From NCBI GenBank assembly GCA_013239625.1, contig MU055864.1, positions 11,084,397 to 11,148,396 on the forward strand: 64,000 nt of DNA, in the 5' to 3' direction. The stretch is from Lama guanicoe. Taxonomy: Eukaryota. The notes beneath the pieces are model-generated. The model searched no databases. It worked only from the letters and a program-made list of their open reading frames with translations, and was not told the origin of the DNA. Shown here piece by piece: positions 11,721-22,221 of the stretch (positions within the stretch are counted from its first letter, which is position 1; the number at the start of each line of letters is the position of its first letter). Both the position numbers and the translations under genes were made by a program.

Positions 11721-13184
11721 CTTTGGGGAGAATTGAATATAGATTATGAACACGGTTCAGAATCCCCCTAAATGAAGACTTTTGGTGATGCCTCGAGATA
11801 CTCTTGAGTATGTCTGGGATTTGGGTACACCCACTGTTTTGAAGGCAGTGTGGTGTCTAGACGAGATGAGGTGGATCAGTGACAAAAAGCAGCCAGGACC
11901 CTAGTTTTCTGGGGTCGGAGTTCTAGATCATTACTAGGCGCTCTATTTTGATGACTTAAGAATGTCAGTGAAAGAGAAGACTGAAGCTAGTCTTTCCTGG
12001 GAAAATGACGTGCCCCCTGCTTCCCATCATCCTCTGCTGCAAACTATGTGCCTAATCACTTTTCCTCCGAATTTTCTTTCTGTTCTCAGTTTACAAAGAA
12101 GGGGAGGAAGAGAATTTTCTAGGTTGTGGAATGACTGTTTTATATGCTAGAATTGAGTTGTAATTCTTTCGGCATGGAATTTATTAAATTTGAAATTTTT
12201 AAATGCCTCCTGGTACAGTAAGAGTCTGCAGGAGAGAACCAATGCTGTTCTCTGAATTGTAGAAATCAGAAGAATCACGTCAGCTTCTGATTTCTTGCAA
12301 ACCCAGGCTCTTACCTCCGAGCTAGGATCAGGGAGAATTAAATAGGACCAGCTAGGCAGAACAACGAAGGTGTGCTGCATGGAAACATCACGACCAGTCA
12401 AAAATGTTTTTAGGTCAATTGAAATAAAATACAATTCAATTTTTAAACTTACATTATTTATTTGTTGGAAAATTACAAACATATGTTAACTAATGTACTC
12501 TTTTACATGTTAAGTTTTTTGTAATAGTAATTTCTAAAATTCCTCAGGACTTGTTCAGTAGGCAAAGAGAGGTGGGCAGGTATGTGTATTCAGATAAGTT
12601 TAGGAAAGGTATATTAAAGGAAATTAAATGTCTTCACTGCAGGACTTCTCAGAGCTTTAACATGCTAAGATACAATGTAAATTTGTGGGAGGAGGGATGT
12701 AGGTAGCTTGTAACATGTGTTTGGTTTTTTAATTAGCCTCCCCTCGGTTTTTTTCGGAGTCTATCGTGGGGTTACTATTCCACAGAAGAGGCTTGTAAGC
12801 AGTGCCGTGTTGTCCCATAATATTTTTTATTTTCACTCTTCTCTGTGCATTATACGAACGCATGTTCTTCACATATGGAATGTGTAGAGATGCAGTTTGC
12901 TGCCATGTTTTTGTTGATCTGTTGCTTCCGGTGAACCTGGAGATGGTCGCAGTGCACTGTGCGACGTCACAGGTTCTGGTGTCCATCATTTGCACAGCTC
13001 TAAAGTACCCAGAGACCTTTTAGAATAAAACGCCATGTAAGTGTAAATCATCACCACCTCTAAGACACTTTCATTAATTTCATATCAAATTCATGAGTCT
13101 TTTGAGCTCTGGGATTTGAGTCTTCGGTATTGGGCTTCTCACTTACTTGTAGATTTTTTTTTTCCCCCAGAGTTTAAATCCCTG

Positions 13185-13400
13185 CAGCACAGAATAGAGC
13201 TAAGAGCCCAGCCTGTGGGATCAAACTGTCTGGGTTTGATCCTGGCTTTAACACTTAACTGACTTTGTGACCTTGGGCAATGTACTGTATCTCAGTTTCC
13301 ACATCTGTGAAATGGTGTTTATATTACCTGTTGTGTGGACTGAATAAATCAGTCTACTAAAGCCCTTTGCACAGTGGGTAAGACAGCAAAGGACTCAGGT
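13185..13400 (+). mobile_element. MIR SINE
   Basis: gtgaccttgggcaa...tctcagtttccacatctgtgaaatgg. Confidence 0.8.
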
Positions 13401-14479
13401 ATTCTCATGTGGGCAAGGGAGAAAAAGGCAGGCGTGGAAAAGAACCGAGAATAATAACCTCGTGTCTATTTTCAAAACCTCTATTCCAGTTACTGTTTAA
13501 TGAAAAATACTCTTTTTCAATATGCCAGAAAAAATTAGTAGGGTAACCAGGGATGGGCTGGGGTTGGGGACAGGGACAGAGATTTACTCGGATTCATACG
13601 TGGCTGCGATGAGTTCCTCAGTCTGGTGGCAGGAACAGAAGGCCGGTTCTTCAGTTCCAGAGTGAGGATTAACAATGGAACAGCCTTGCTCAGTACTGTC
13701 CTGCAGCATCAGATTATTTTTTATCAAGGTTTCTCGTAGGATGATACGTTCCACTGTATAGGCACATCTTTTCCAGTGGTGAGTGAAGTACCTACCACTT
13801 GTATGTAATGTTAAAAGTGGGCCTTTGAAGAATGAAAGGCTAGAAACCCACACCTGACCTTGTTATCCTACTGGTCAACCACCACTGGGCTGGATCATCT
13901 ATCTCACAGCCTGTCTCCAGGAATCATTGTGGATCAGTTGTTCTTGTCTGTCTCTCATTCTTTCCAAGTGGATTGGAACTGTCCAGGTGTAGTAGTAACC
14001 TACTGAAGGTGACACTTCTTAGGTGTATCTCTGTGAATGAATGAACTTACGAGGCCATTCTTTCCTTCATGTAACATTTTCATTCTCATCCAGTTCCCAT
14101 GGCATTCCCTAACAACAGGATACCATGGATATGTTGGAAATTAGGTTAGAAGTCAAATGGAAAATTATGTAAGACTTTAAAGTGTTAAATTTAGAATTAT
14201 AGAGACATTGGTTCATCATACTGCCCTCAAATTAAAAAATAAAAACATTTTTCCTTATCCTCCTTGGGGCAGCAAAATGAAGAATGATTGAATAAATCAG
14301 CAAAAGGATTGGCCTTTAAAATAACTGGAAGTAACTTACATTTTCTGCTCAGATTGAGTTTTTCAAGGGCAACAGGAGAAACAAATGACTCCTTTATTGA
14401 CTGCCAATTGGTGCTGTTTTTTAATAATCAAATTTAAATATAGTGTTTTTTTTTTTTCCCTTGTTTTTTTTTTTAAGCA

Positions 14480-15400
14480 GCTGATGGGTTCAATTTGGAC
14501 AAAACACATGTTGACTTTCCGGATTGCTTGCTCCCTGTAGATGCCGACTTGCTCTGGAGAAGGGGCTGCGTGTTGATCTCCTTTGTCTCTGGAAGGATTG
14601 ATTGACGGATGTTGTGTCTGCTCGTTTACAGCGTTTTCCTGGTTTCATTTTAAAAATTGTGACATAGCATTACACGTTCCTTGTATACATCATTTCTGCA
14701 GAAGAAAGTTGTTTAGCCAATATGTCGACTTAGTTTATGAAATCCTCTCTTGCCGCTTTCATTCAGCCTGCAGTGTCCCCCCACTAGGTCACGTTATTCG
14801 TTGCATGCACGGCAGATCGTCACCAGCAGCAAAATTTAACATGTGGTCCTTTTAGGTATAAAAAAATGAATCAAACGCTTGACAAGATTTGTTTCTGGTA
14901 TGGATTTCAGAGTCGTCCCCCCACCCTCTTGGTGGGCATACGACAAATGTGACTAATGGGTACTTTTAGTTTTTAAAATATGGACAGCAGTACCCATGCA
15001 GTAAAAGACTTGAGCGATTAATGCTACCCTTATGCCTCTTTGGAGTAGTTTTAGCCATGGGGCTTGGCACGGCCACCGTTGTCTTGGTGCCAAAAAATAT
15101 CCGCAGCGGCTGTGGTGTTCCAGTACCGGAGGGTTGTCTCGAAAATTCCGCAGTGATTGCGCCGGTTTGTTCATCACAGCTATCTCTTTTAAATATTGGG
15201 GCAAACGGCATCTTTAGCTCTTTCAAAGCTCTGCTGTGGTTGTGGGGATGGGGGGAGAAGAATGGAGGGAAGAAGCTGTCCGCGCCAGCCAGTGGGTCTA
15301 AGTGACAAAAACCCACGCCTGACGTAGAGTAAACACATGTCTTTGGGAGCTTTTGTGTTCGCGAGCACAGATAGTGACTTAAGAATCCTACTCAAACATG
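14480..15400. promoter_or_regulatory. Probable intronic enhancer (CpG-retaining, TE-free)
   Basis: Elevated CpG. PBX-PKNOX/MEIS-type TGATTGACGG at 14599-14608 and a CAGCTG E-box near 14480. Confidence 0.35.
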
Positions 15401-16720
15401 CTATCAGGGCTCTTGAAAATTTTATTATCTGAAACAAATGTTCCTGTGCATTTTAAGCAGAAGATCGACATCAAGACCATGGCTGATTTTCAATGGACAA
15501 TTTACACAAAAGATCTATATGTTTTTTTCCCCCCTGGAAACTGAGGTGTCATTGTAAAATGGCTGCTTTTTGGTCATTAGGAAATTAGAGGAATAGATAC
15601 GTTTGAGAAGGCGCTTGGGTTTATCCACAATCCCTGATTATTTTGCTCCCAAACAAGGGTTTGGACTCTGAGGACAGATTTATAGTTGAATTTGGGAACA
15701 AAAAGATGTAATAAAGTTAAAGGCTTACACTATTAGAATGAGACGCGTTCACTCATGATCTCTGGAGCGATCTATTTGATGGTAAAAGTGGATGTTACAG
15801 ATGAAATCTTTACAAGGAGCATAATCCTTAAAAAAAAAAAAAAAGGAAAAAAAAAAAGTGCACCTCCCAGCCNNNNNNNNNNNNNNNNNNNNNNNNNNNN
15901 NNNNNNNNNNNNNNNNNNNNNNNNNNNNNNNNNNNNNNNNNNNNNNNNNNNNNNNNNNNNNNNNNNNNNNNNNNNNNNNNNNNNNNNNNNNNNNNNNNNN
16001 NNNNNNNNNNNNNNNNNNNNNNNNNNNNNNNNNNNNNNNNNNNNNNNNNNNNNNNNNNNNNNNNNNNNNNNNNNNNNNNNNNNNNNNNNNNNNNNNNNNN
16101 NNNNNNNNNNNNNNNNNNNNNNNNNNNNNNNNGAAAGGATGCTGCGTCCATGTAGCCAAGAGGACCTGGGGGACGCTGTGCAGCATGAATTCATATTCTG
16201 CTCGCCCCTCCCTCCCCTCCTCTCCTTTCCTAGCCCCTGTTCTTTCCGGTCCACTCTCTTTCCTCTCTCCTCTCTCTCCTGTTTATTATTATTCATATTT
16301 ATTCTCTTTCTCTCACTCACATCCTTACTATTTGCACTGACCCCTTCTAATTTTAAAATAATGAGAGCAATCGACCTAACTTTGTATATACATAAATTGT
16401 GACATACATATATATATGTAAATGAACTGAGACAAATCCTGGTAGGAAAATTCATCTCTCCAGGTCTATGTGCTGGAGTCGAGTTGGGAAATGATGCCAG
16501 GTGGTGAAGTTCTAGAGGGGGTACCTTCAGTAACTCCTTCTAGAGAGAGAAATGGGTAGCCTTTCTTCCTTCAAACTGTATTTCACAATCCAATTTTTAG
16601 AAATTACCAAAAACAGGACACTAGATGTTCAATTTCCTAGGAAGTCAAAGTAAATTTGACCTTATCTGTCTTTCTCTCTGTTTGTCTGCCTTTCCCCTTA
16701 CCTCTCTGTCTGCCTTTCAG

Positions 16721-16732
16721 GTTGTTAAACAG
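16721..16732 (+). other. Candidate 12-nt microexon GTTGTTAAACAG
   Basis: 68-nt AG-free, CU-rich tract (16651-16718) with TGC at 16687 and 16711. Acceptor ttcag, donor CAG|gtgact. Confidence 0.45.
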
Positions 16733-17989
16733 GTGACTATTATGTCAAGGGGAATTATGTCATGGTTGTATTGAAGCTTTTTAGATGCAAGAGCTTAAGG
16801 AAGGATATACATCATTTGATTGCTTGTAAAGATTGAGCTTTTTTTGGTTAGTATTTGTGAAAAGAAGTTAAAGGGTACAAGTAGCTTTCATCTGACTTAC
16901 ACAGAAGAGTAAATTTGTCTTTTTGACCATGTATACTTCGGAAACAGGCGAATACATCTTTTCTTTAATGCAAAATCCTCATACAATGAAAGTTATTCTC
17001 TTGGACCTCCCACGACTGACAGTCTGTGAGATGGTGTCCTGTTTCGTTGGAATTGAAACTGACAATGGATTTTCTACTTTGCACTAAACACTGTACCAGA
17101 AGTTGGTGGTGTGTGTGTGGGGTGGGATGTTTTCCCAAGTTTGAGATTCATTGAAGTCAGTGGAAAAGTTAATGCTGGGGGGAGAGGCTTAATTTTAATA
17201 CCCAGTTTTGGCTTTCTTTGGAAATCATCTTCCATTTTATGTATGTAGCGACTTCCATGCAAGGTGTACCTTTGGCCAGGTTGTAAGGTTTCTCGAAGAT
17301 ACATTGTTTGTGTGGTGTCAGGAAGACATACTCTAAACATCATTGGACTAAAAGATGAAAATGAACACTGCTACTTCTAACATTTGTGCTAACTTGAGTT
17401 GAGGGGGAGAGACTTGGGCTTCGTAAGCTTAGAAAGATCCATTCAGCCCCTCAAAATACTAGATTTGAATTTTCCCGTTGGGAAAAAGTATAATGTCGTC
17501 ATTGGTGTGAAAGACAACGTGACTTAAGCTCTAGCCGTGAAGGAAAAACGTATCCTTCAGTCCTGAGTGGGGTGAGGCTTGTGTTCTGGGCACGTGGGCA
17601 GCACGGGCCCTTTTTAATGTCCTTGTGTGGACTGTTCTCCGTAACGACTCGCTGTGTCTCACTAGGTACATTCTCCTGCTCAGCCCTCTTGTCATGTGGT
17701 TTCATTGTCTCCCTTGTGAATTATTAAGGCTGAACATACTTTTAAAAGAACTAAATGGGCATCCTTGATTTTTATCCTTAGACATGGCCAGATAGCATCT
17801 GAGCCTTTATACCGAACAGTCTACAGATTAAAAAAAGTGGGTGGTTAGAATTGGAACAAGACATTGACGTTCCATTGTCCCTTGCTCTGCTGGGTCTACT
17901 GGTAGAACCCAAAGTTGGGTCGGAGTGGGCAGTTTTTCGAAAGCCCTCTCTCCCCCATGTAAATTCCATCATCATCGTGATCATGATGG

Positions 17990-18248
17990 ACTTTACTCCT
18001 GGGAAAAGGAGTTTAAATGAGAGCGGGGGTGGGGGGAGAGCGAGAGAGAGACCCAGAATTTTGAATAGTTTCTTTGCTTTATTCACCATCTGGAGAGCCC
18101 TGATTGATTAGCTTTGGCCCCACCATTAAGTGTCAATATAATCAATGGGAATGACTGGGCTAGGGTCATTACATAGATAATTTGCCTGCTGTGTAAATAA
18201 AAATGAAATTGTTTAAATTTTGCGAGAGAGAAAGAACGCGAAAATAAG
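17990..18248 (+). promoter_or_regulatory. TCF4: Internal TCF4 promoter / conserved non-coding element upstream of the TCF4-G first exon
   Basis: TE-free and directly 5' of the 7b-type exon. Contains a GA-rich tract, proneural E-box CCATCTGG (18086-18093), PBX/HOX TGATTGAT (18101-18108), ATCAAT and forkhead-like TGTAAATA. Confidence 0.65.
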
Positions 18249-18398
18249 NNNNNNNNNNNNNNNNNNNNNNNNNNNNNNNNNNNNNNNNNNNNNNNNNNNN
18301 NNNNNNNNNNNNNNNNNNNNNNNNNNNNNNNNNNNNNNNNNNNNNNNNNNNNNNNNNNNNNNNNNNNNNNNNNNNNNNNNNNNNNNNNNNNNNNNNNN

Positions 18399-18429
18399 TT
18401 GCAGACACTGCCAGTCGTGCCTACTTTAC
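18399..18429 (+). CDS. TCF4: Visible 3' end of the alternative first exon (7b-I type) encoding the TCF4-G N-terminus; the ATG is expected near 18336, inside the N-gap
   Basis: TTG CAG ACA CTG CCA GTC GTG CCT ACT TTA C|gtatgt = LQTLPVVPTL. C+GT gives R in frame with KTERG. The human TCF4-G N-terminus ends ...SCLHTLPVVPTLR (recalled). Confidence 0.88.
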
Positions 18430-18546
18430 GTATGTAAACATCGGGGAAGAGCAGTAGATGTCTGTTACCTGGAGGAGTTTTTTTGTTTTTGTTTTTTAAA
18501 GGAAAAATACAATTTACACTTTTTTTGTTGTTGTTTCTCTTGGCAG

Positions 18547-18611
18547 GTAAAACAGAAAGGGGCTCATACTCATCTTATGGGAGAGAATCAAATTTACAGG
18601 GTTGCCACCAG
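18547..18611 (+). CDS. TCF4: TCF4 constitutive coding exon, 65 nt, phase 1 to phase 0: (S)[21 protein letters not shown]
   Basis: Acceptor ttgttgtttctcttggcag and donor CAG|gtaagt (18612-18617). GT AAA ACA GAA AGG GGC TCA TAC ... TGC CAC CAG matches human TCF4 residues ~102-123 as I recall them. Confidence 0.97.
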
Positions 18612-19899
18612 GTAAGTGAGAATCTCGTTTTGGGGAAGGGTTGAGAGAGCTGACCTGGTAAATCCGTTTGTTTTGTAAATTAGATGCTCCATTGTAGACT
18701 GTGGCACGAATGGATTCGGAGTCTGCCGGTGCCTGTCTCTTTTAAAAAGTAATGAAATAACCCAGAGCATGGAAGTAATAGACACCTTATCGTATCAGAA
18801 CTGCACTCCCTGGCTTGTTGTTGTATTTTTAATCCATCAGCTGGTACCAGTGGCACTGTTTGCAAACCGGCGATGCCGGGTAAAGTGGTTCTATCAAAAG
18901 AGTTTATTTGCAATTAAGAACTTAAGAATTTCTTAACGCTGGAAATGCTTCGTGCAGCCATGTGTCAGATCCTGGGTTCGGGTGGCCACTGCCCTAAATT
19001 ATAGTTTTCATAGGGGCTGTATGATGTTATGTGAAAANNNNNNNNNNNNNNNNNNNNNNNNNNNNNNNNNNNNNNNNNNNNNNNNNNNNNNNNNNNNNNN
19101 NNNNNNNNNNNNNNNNNNNNNNNNNNNNNNNNNNNNNNNNNNNNNNNNNNNNNNNNNNNNNNNNNNNNNNNNNNNNNNNNNNNNNNNNNNNNNNNNNNNN
19201 NNNNNNNNNNNNNNNNNNNNNNNNNGTATAGCATGTGTGTGCGTGTCTCTGGGCACTCTGCATTTGCATACTTCAACTCTTCAGAGAAAGCCCAGTTCTA
19301 AAAATACTATCAATAGCCAAAAGTGTAAGCTTTGTTTTAAGACAATTGAGTTTTTTTTTTATGGACGCTTTCTTTTAAATTTCAGCATCAGTACTCATCA
19401 CATGTTTAAAATCTTTTTTTCCCCCCTTTAAGATGTAGACTTCCTTTTTATAAGTGTCTTGGTTTCTTCCTTTGGAAAACTCTTGATAGAATTTAATAAT
19501 CCTCTTTCAGATTCAAAGCCTTCCCGTGTTGTAGTGTTCACTCCAACAGAATGTGAGTTCTTTTTGTGCTGGAAAGGGAATGCTTGCTGTCTGGAACCCT
19601 CTCACCCTCCCATTTTCTTCAGTGATATGGGGGGAGAAAAAAAGATCCATTTTGATTTTTGTAAACAACCTGCGTAATGGATCCTGAAAAATGTAAGCGA
19701 ACAGTTTTAGTAAAGAAATAGAGCCCGTGGGGGACGTTTCCTTTAAGCGTCAGTCACGTTATCATGAAAGGTGGAATTCTGGCGGAGTTGTGCTTGGTCC
19801 CCCCCACCCCCTCCCCGGGTACATTTGCATTTTGAAAGTTTACTTCTTTGGCCCAGCCACCCATGCAGTCATATTCGGCATCGGAGAGATTTGTTGTGA

Positions 19900-20024
19900 T
19901 GAGGTGAACGGGGCTGGGTTCAGAGCTCCTGCTGCAGAGCACAGTTCACGGCAGTTTGTTTGGAAAGAATTCCGCAGGAAAGAAATTTACAGCCCTTGCA
20001 GCGCAACGGAAACATCTTTGGAAT
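19900..20024 (+). other. TCF4: Candidate alternative first exon (8a type); 5' end approximate
   Basis: Donor AAT|gtgagt at 20025 in a CpG-retaining, TE-free block ~1.4 kb downstream of the coding exon, where TCF4-D first exons cluster in human (recalled). Confidence 0.45.
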
Positions 20025-20207
20025 GTGAGTGCAAATGTTTGGGGTAGATAGCTTGGGCAGCCAGCCTCGGAGTGCCGAGGCTCTGGTGTAAAGCTCTCAA
20101 TTCCTGCAGCGCGGCCTGTTCCTGTGGATCTGGTTGCTGAGGGTCAAGGCAGAGGTCTTTCGAGTTTGGGGGGAGAAGAAAGTTGACAACATCCTTCCTT
20201 TTCGCAG

Positions 20208-20391
20208 ATGGTCATGGCAGAGGCGTGTGTTTTCGCTGGGCCTCCTTTTCTGGTCAATGAGAGAATAGGCTTCCTCGCCCCTGTATCCTTTCTTCCTAAT
20301 AGGAATTGGCGTGATTCCTCACAGACACAAAGATTTCCTCTGCTGAGTAAGCGCCGGGCCCCTTAACTTGTGAGAGCATCACCCAGACGGC
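20208..20391 (+). other. TCF4: Candidate alternative first exon with two donors (8b-I/II type); 5' end approximate
   Basis: Donors TGA|gtaagc (20347) and GGC|gtgagt (20392), with a further CAG|gtgaga at 20497. CpG-rich context. Confidence 0.5.
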
Positions 20392-20807
20392 GTGAGTCTG
20401 TCAGTGTGTGTGCAGGGGCGCAGACCCTCCCTCGGTGCGTGGGAAATACTTCCCTCGGGTGCAACCGAAGTTAACCTTTTTGGGGGCAGACACCAGGTGA
20501 GAAGTGGACCGGGGCGGAGGGTGGAGGAGAGGTGGACGGACTGGCGTGTGATGGCTGCGTTTCTGGGCCTCGGGGATGTCTCGTTTTGAGACATTCAGGT
20601 CCAGGACAAGTAGGTTGTGTACGGCTGCATGCGCTTTTCTTGAAAAGTCTTCATCACAGAGCTGGGGAGCGTGGCGATCCTTTCATTCTTATTTCTGCTT
20701 CATGGTTGTGAGTCTTGCAAGTCCGGACTCTCTCTTTGCTGAGCCTGGGCTCAGCAGTGTCTGTAAACGGTGGGATCGCTTCAGGAGAAAGCAAAGAGCA
20801 CGATTTT

Positions 20808-20818
20808 GGAAATTCCCC
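20808..20818 (-). promoter_or_regulatory. NF-kB consensus site
   Basis: GGAAATTCCCC (reverse GGGGAATTTCC), between the 8b- and 8c-type exons. Confidence 0.4.
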
Positions 20819-20967
20819 GCTCGAGGAAATCAGGGCTGGAGAGGAAAAGGGGGCATATTCTGAATTTCTGCTCTCGGTGAAATTCGAGACTGGAACAGAC
20901 CATAGAGTCTCATTCCAGTGAATGAGTTTCTCTTGTGCCGAATTGTTTTTTGAATCCCTGTCTCCAG

Positions 20968-21069
20968 CACCAGCTATGCAAACTAAAGAGAAAGGCAGAG
21001 TGTCGGTATCTTGGGCTTCAAGTCTAAATAGCAGATCACAGCTGAAATGATTCCCCACTGTGTGGCGAG
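20968..21069 (+). other. TCF4: Candidate alternative first exon (8c type), non-coding in the TCF4 frame; 5' end approximate
   Basis: Strong donor GAG|gtgagt at 21070. An in-frame TGA lies 9 codons before the donor, so translation would start downstream (TCF4-D-like). Confidence 0.5.
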
Positions 21070-22174
21070 GTGAGTGACTCACGGAGGGGGAGCTTTTGGT
21101 TTTCTCCCGTTTACTACCTTGTAGAGATGCTGGGTGGGAAGCGTTCAGAGGAGATGCCTTAAGGAGCTCCAAAAACTGCTTTATGGTACCGCAACAATGT
21201 ATCCTGTGGACTTACAGGGATGATCACTGTTACAATGTCAACTTGCTTTCTGCAGTGCCAGAGCCTTTTTGCTCCCTGTAGAGAAAAAGGATCGTAAGCA
21301 ACAGGTAGCCAAATGCTACCCAGAGAAATGCATTATTATTGTGAAATGTTTGTAGCTTCAAAATGCGTCAAATTAAAAATATATATATACATCTGTTACC
21401 TGTCTCTGGAGGATTTACCACTGATAATGATAGGCGTGGGACTTTTAAAAAGTGGGTATTTTAGCCGAAAAACAAAAGCTGGCAGGTTCTTTATTATCCA
21501 TTAAGTTGTTTTCGTTAAAACTAGTAACGGGTCAATATGAATTCATTAATGCATTTCCATGTAAAAGTGTCAGAAATGAACACGGTGACCTTTTCAGTCT
21601 TTTGAAATTGTGTAAAAAACAAACCAGTAGAAACCAAAGCGGCCAAACGGACTTTTTAATGTTCTCACTAAATATGGCAAAAGTAATTTAAATCAAATTG
21701 GGGTACGGAAATCACACCCAGGCTTAAAAATGTTCTTGCCAAATTGCAGCCTCATACTATTTTTTTTTTAAACTGGCGGAGAAAATAAAATTTATAATGG
21801 AAAGTCTGACAGAAATGAAAATGAGCGGAAATAAAGTTCCTTGTAGGATAGAACAACCTTAATATGATAACCCACAGCTAATACCTAACGGGCATCTCTG
21901 ACCATGACAAAGGGAAACAGTATCTGTTGCCTTTGGCCTCTTTGCTGCTTTGAATAGGATGTTTGGTGATTGCAAACTTTTTCCCCCCTTAATCTTACCA
22001 AGATCTTCTGTTTTTGAATGAGGGAGTGATGTCAACACAAATGCTTGTTATTAAGGCAGAAGTTTTCCCCTTAAATGGAAGTTCAACATTGGTGACCAGC
22101 AAGGATTTGCCTTTTCTTTCTGGGAGCTAGCCCAGGTCTAAAGCAGTGGCTTCATTAGTGTCTCCTGGACAAGC

Positions 22175-22221
22175 GTGTGTGTGTGTGTGTGTGTGTGTGT
22201 TTGTGTGTATGTGTGTGTGTG
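22175..22221. repeat. (GT)n microsatellite
   Basis: (GT)13 pure, then an interrupted extension. Confidence 0.95.

Noticed and set aside
15749-16455. Long ORFs across N-gaps (also near 5.5, 11, 19, 32.7, 39.9, 48 and 62.4 kb)
   Set aside because: Artefacts of translating Ns.
18220-18615. ORF-track peptide ...[22 protein letters not shown]
   Set aside because: Wrong frame over the real TCF4 exon, which reads [21 protein letters not shown].
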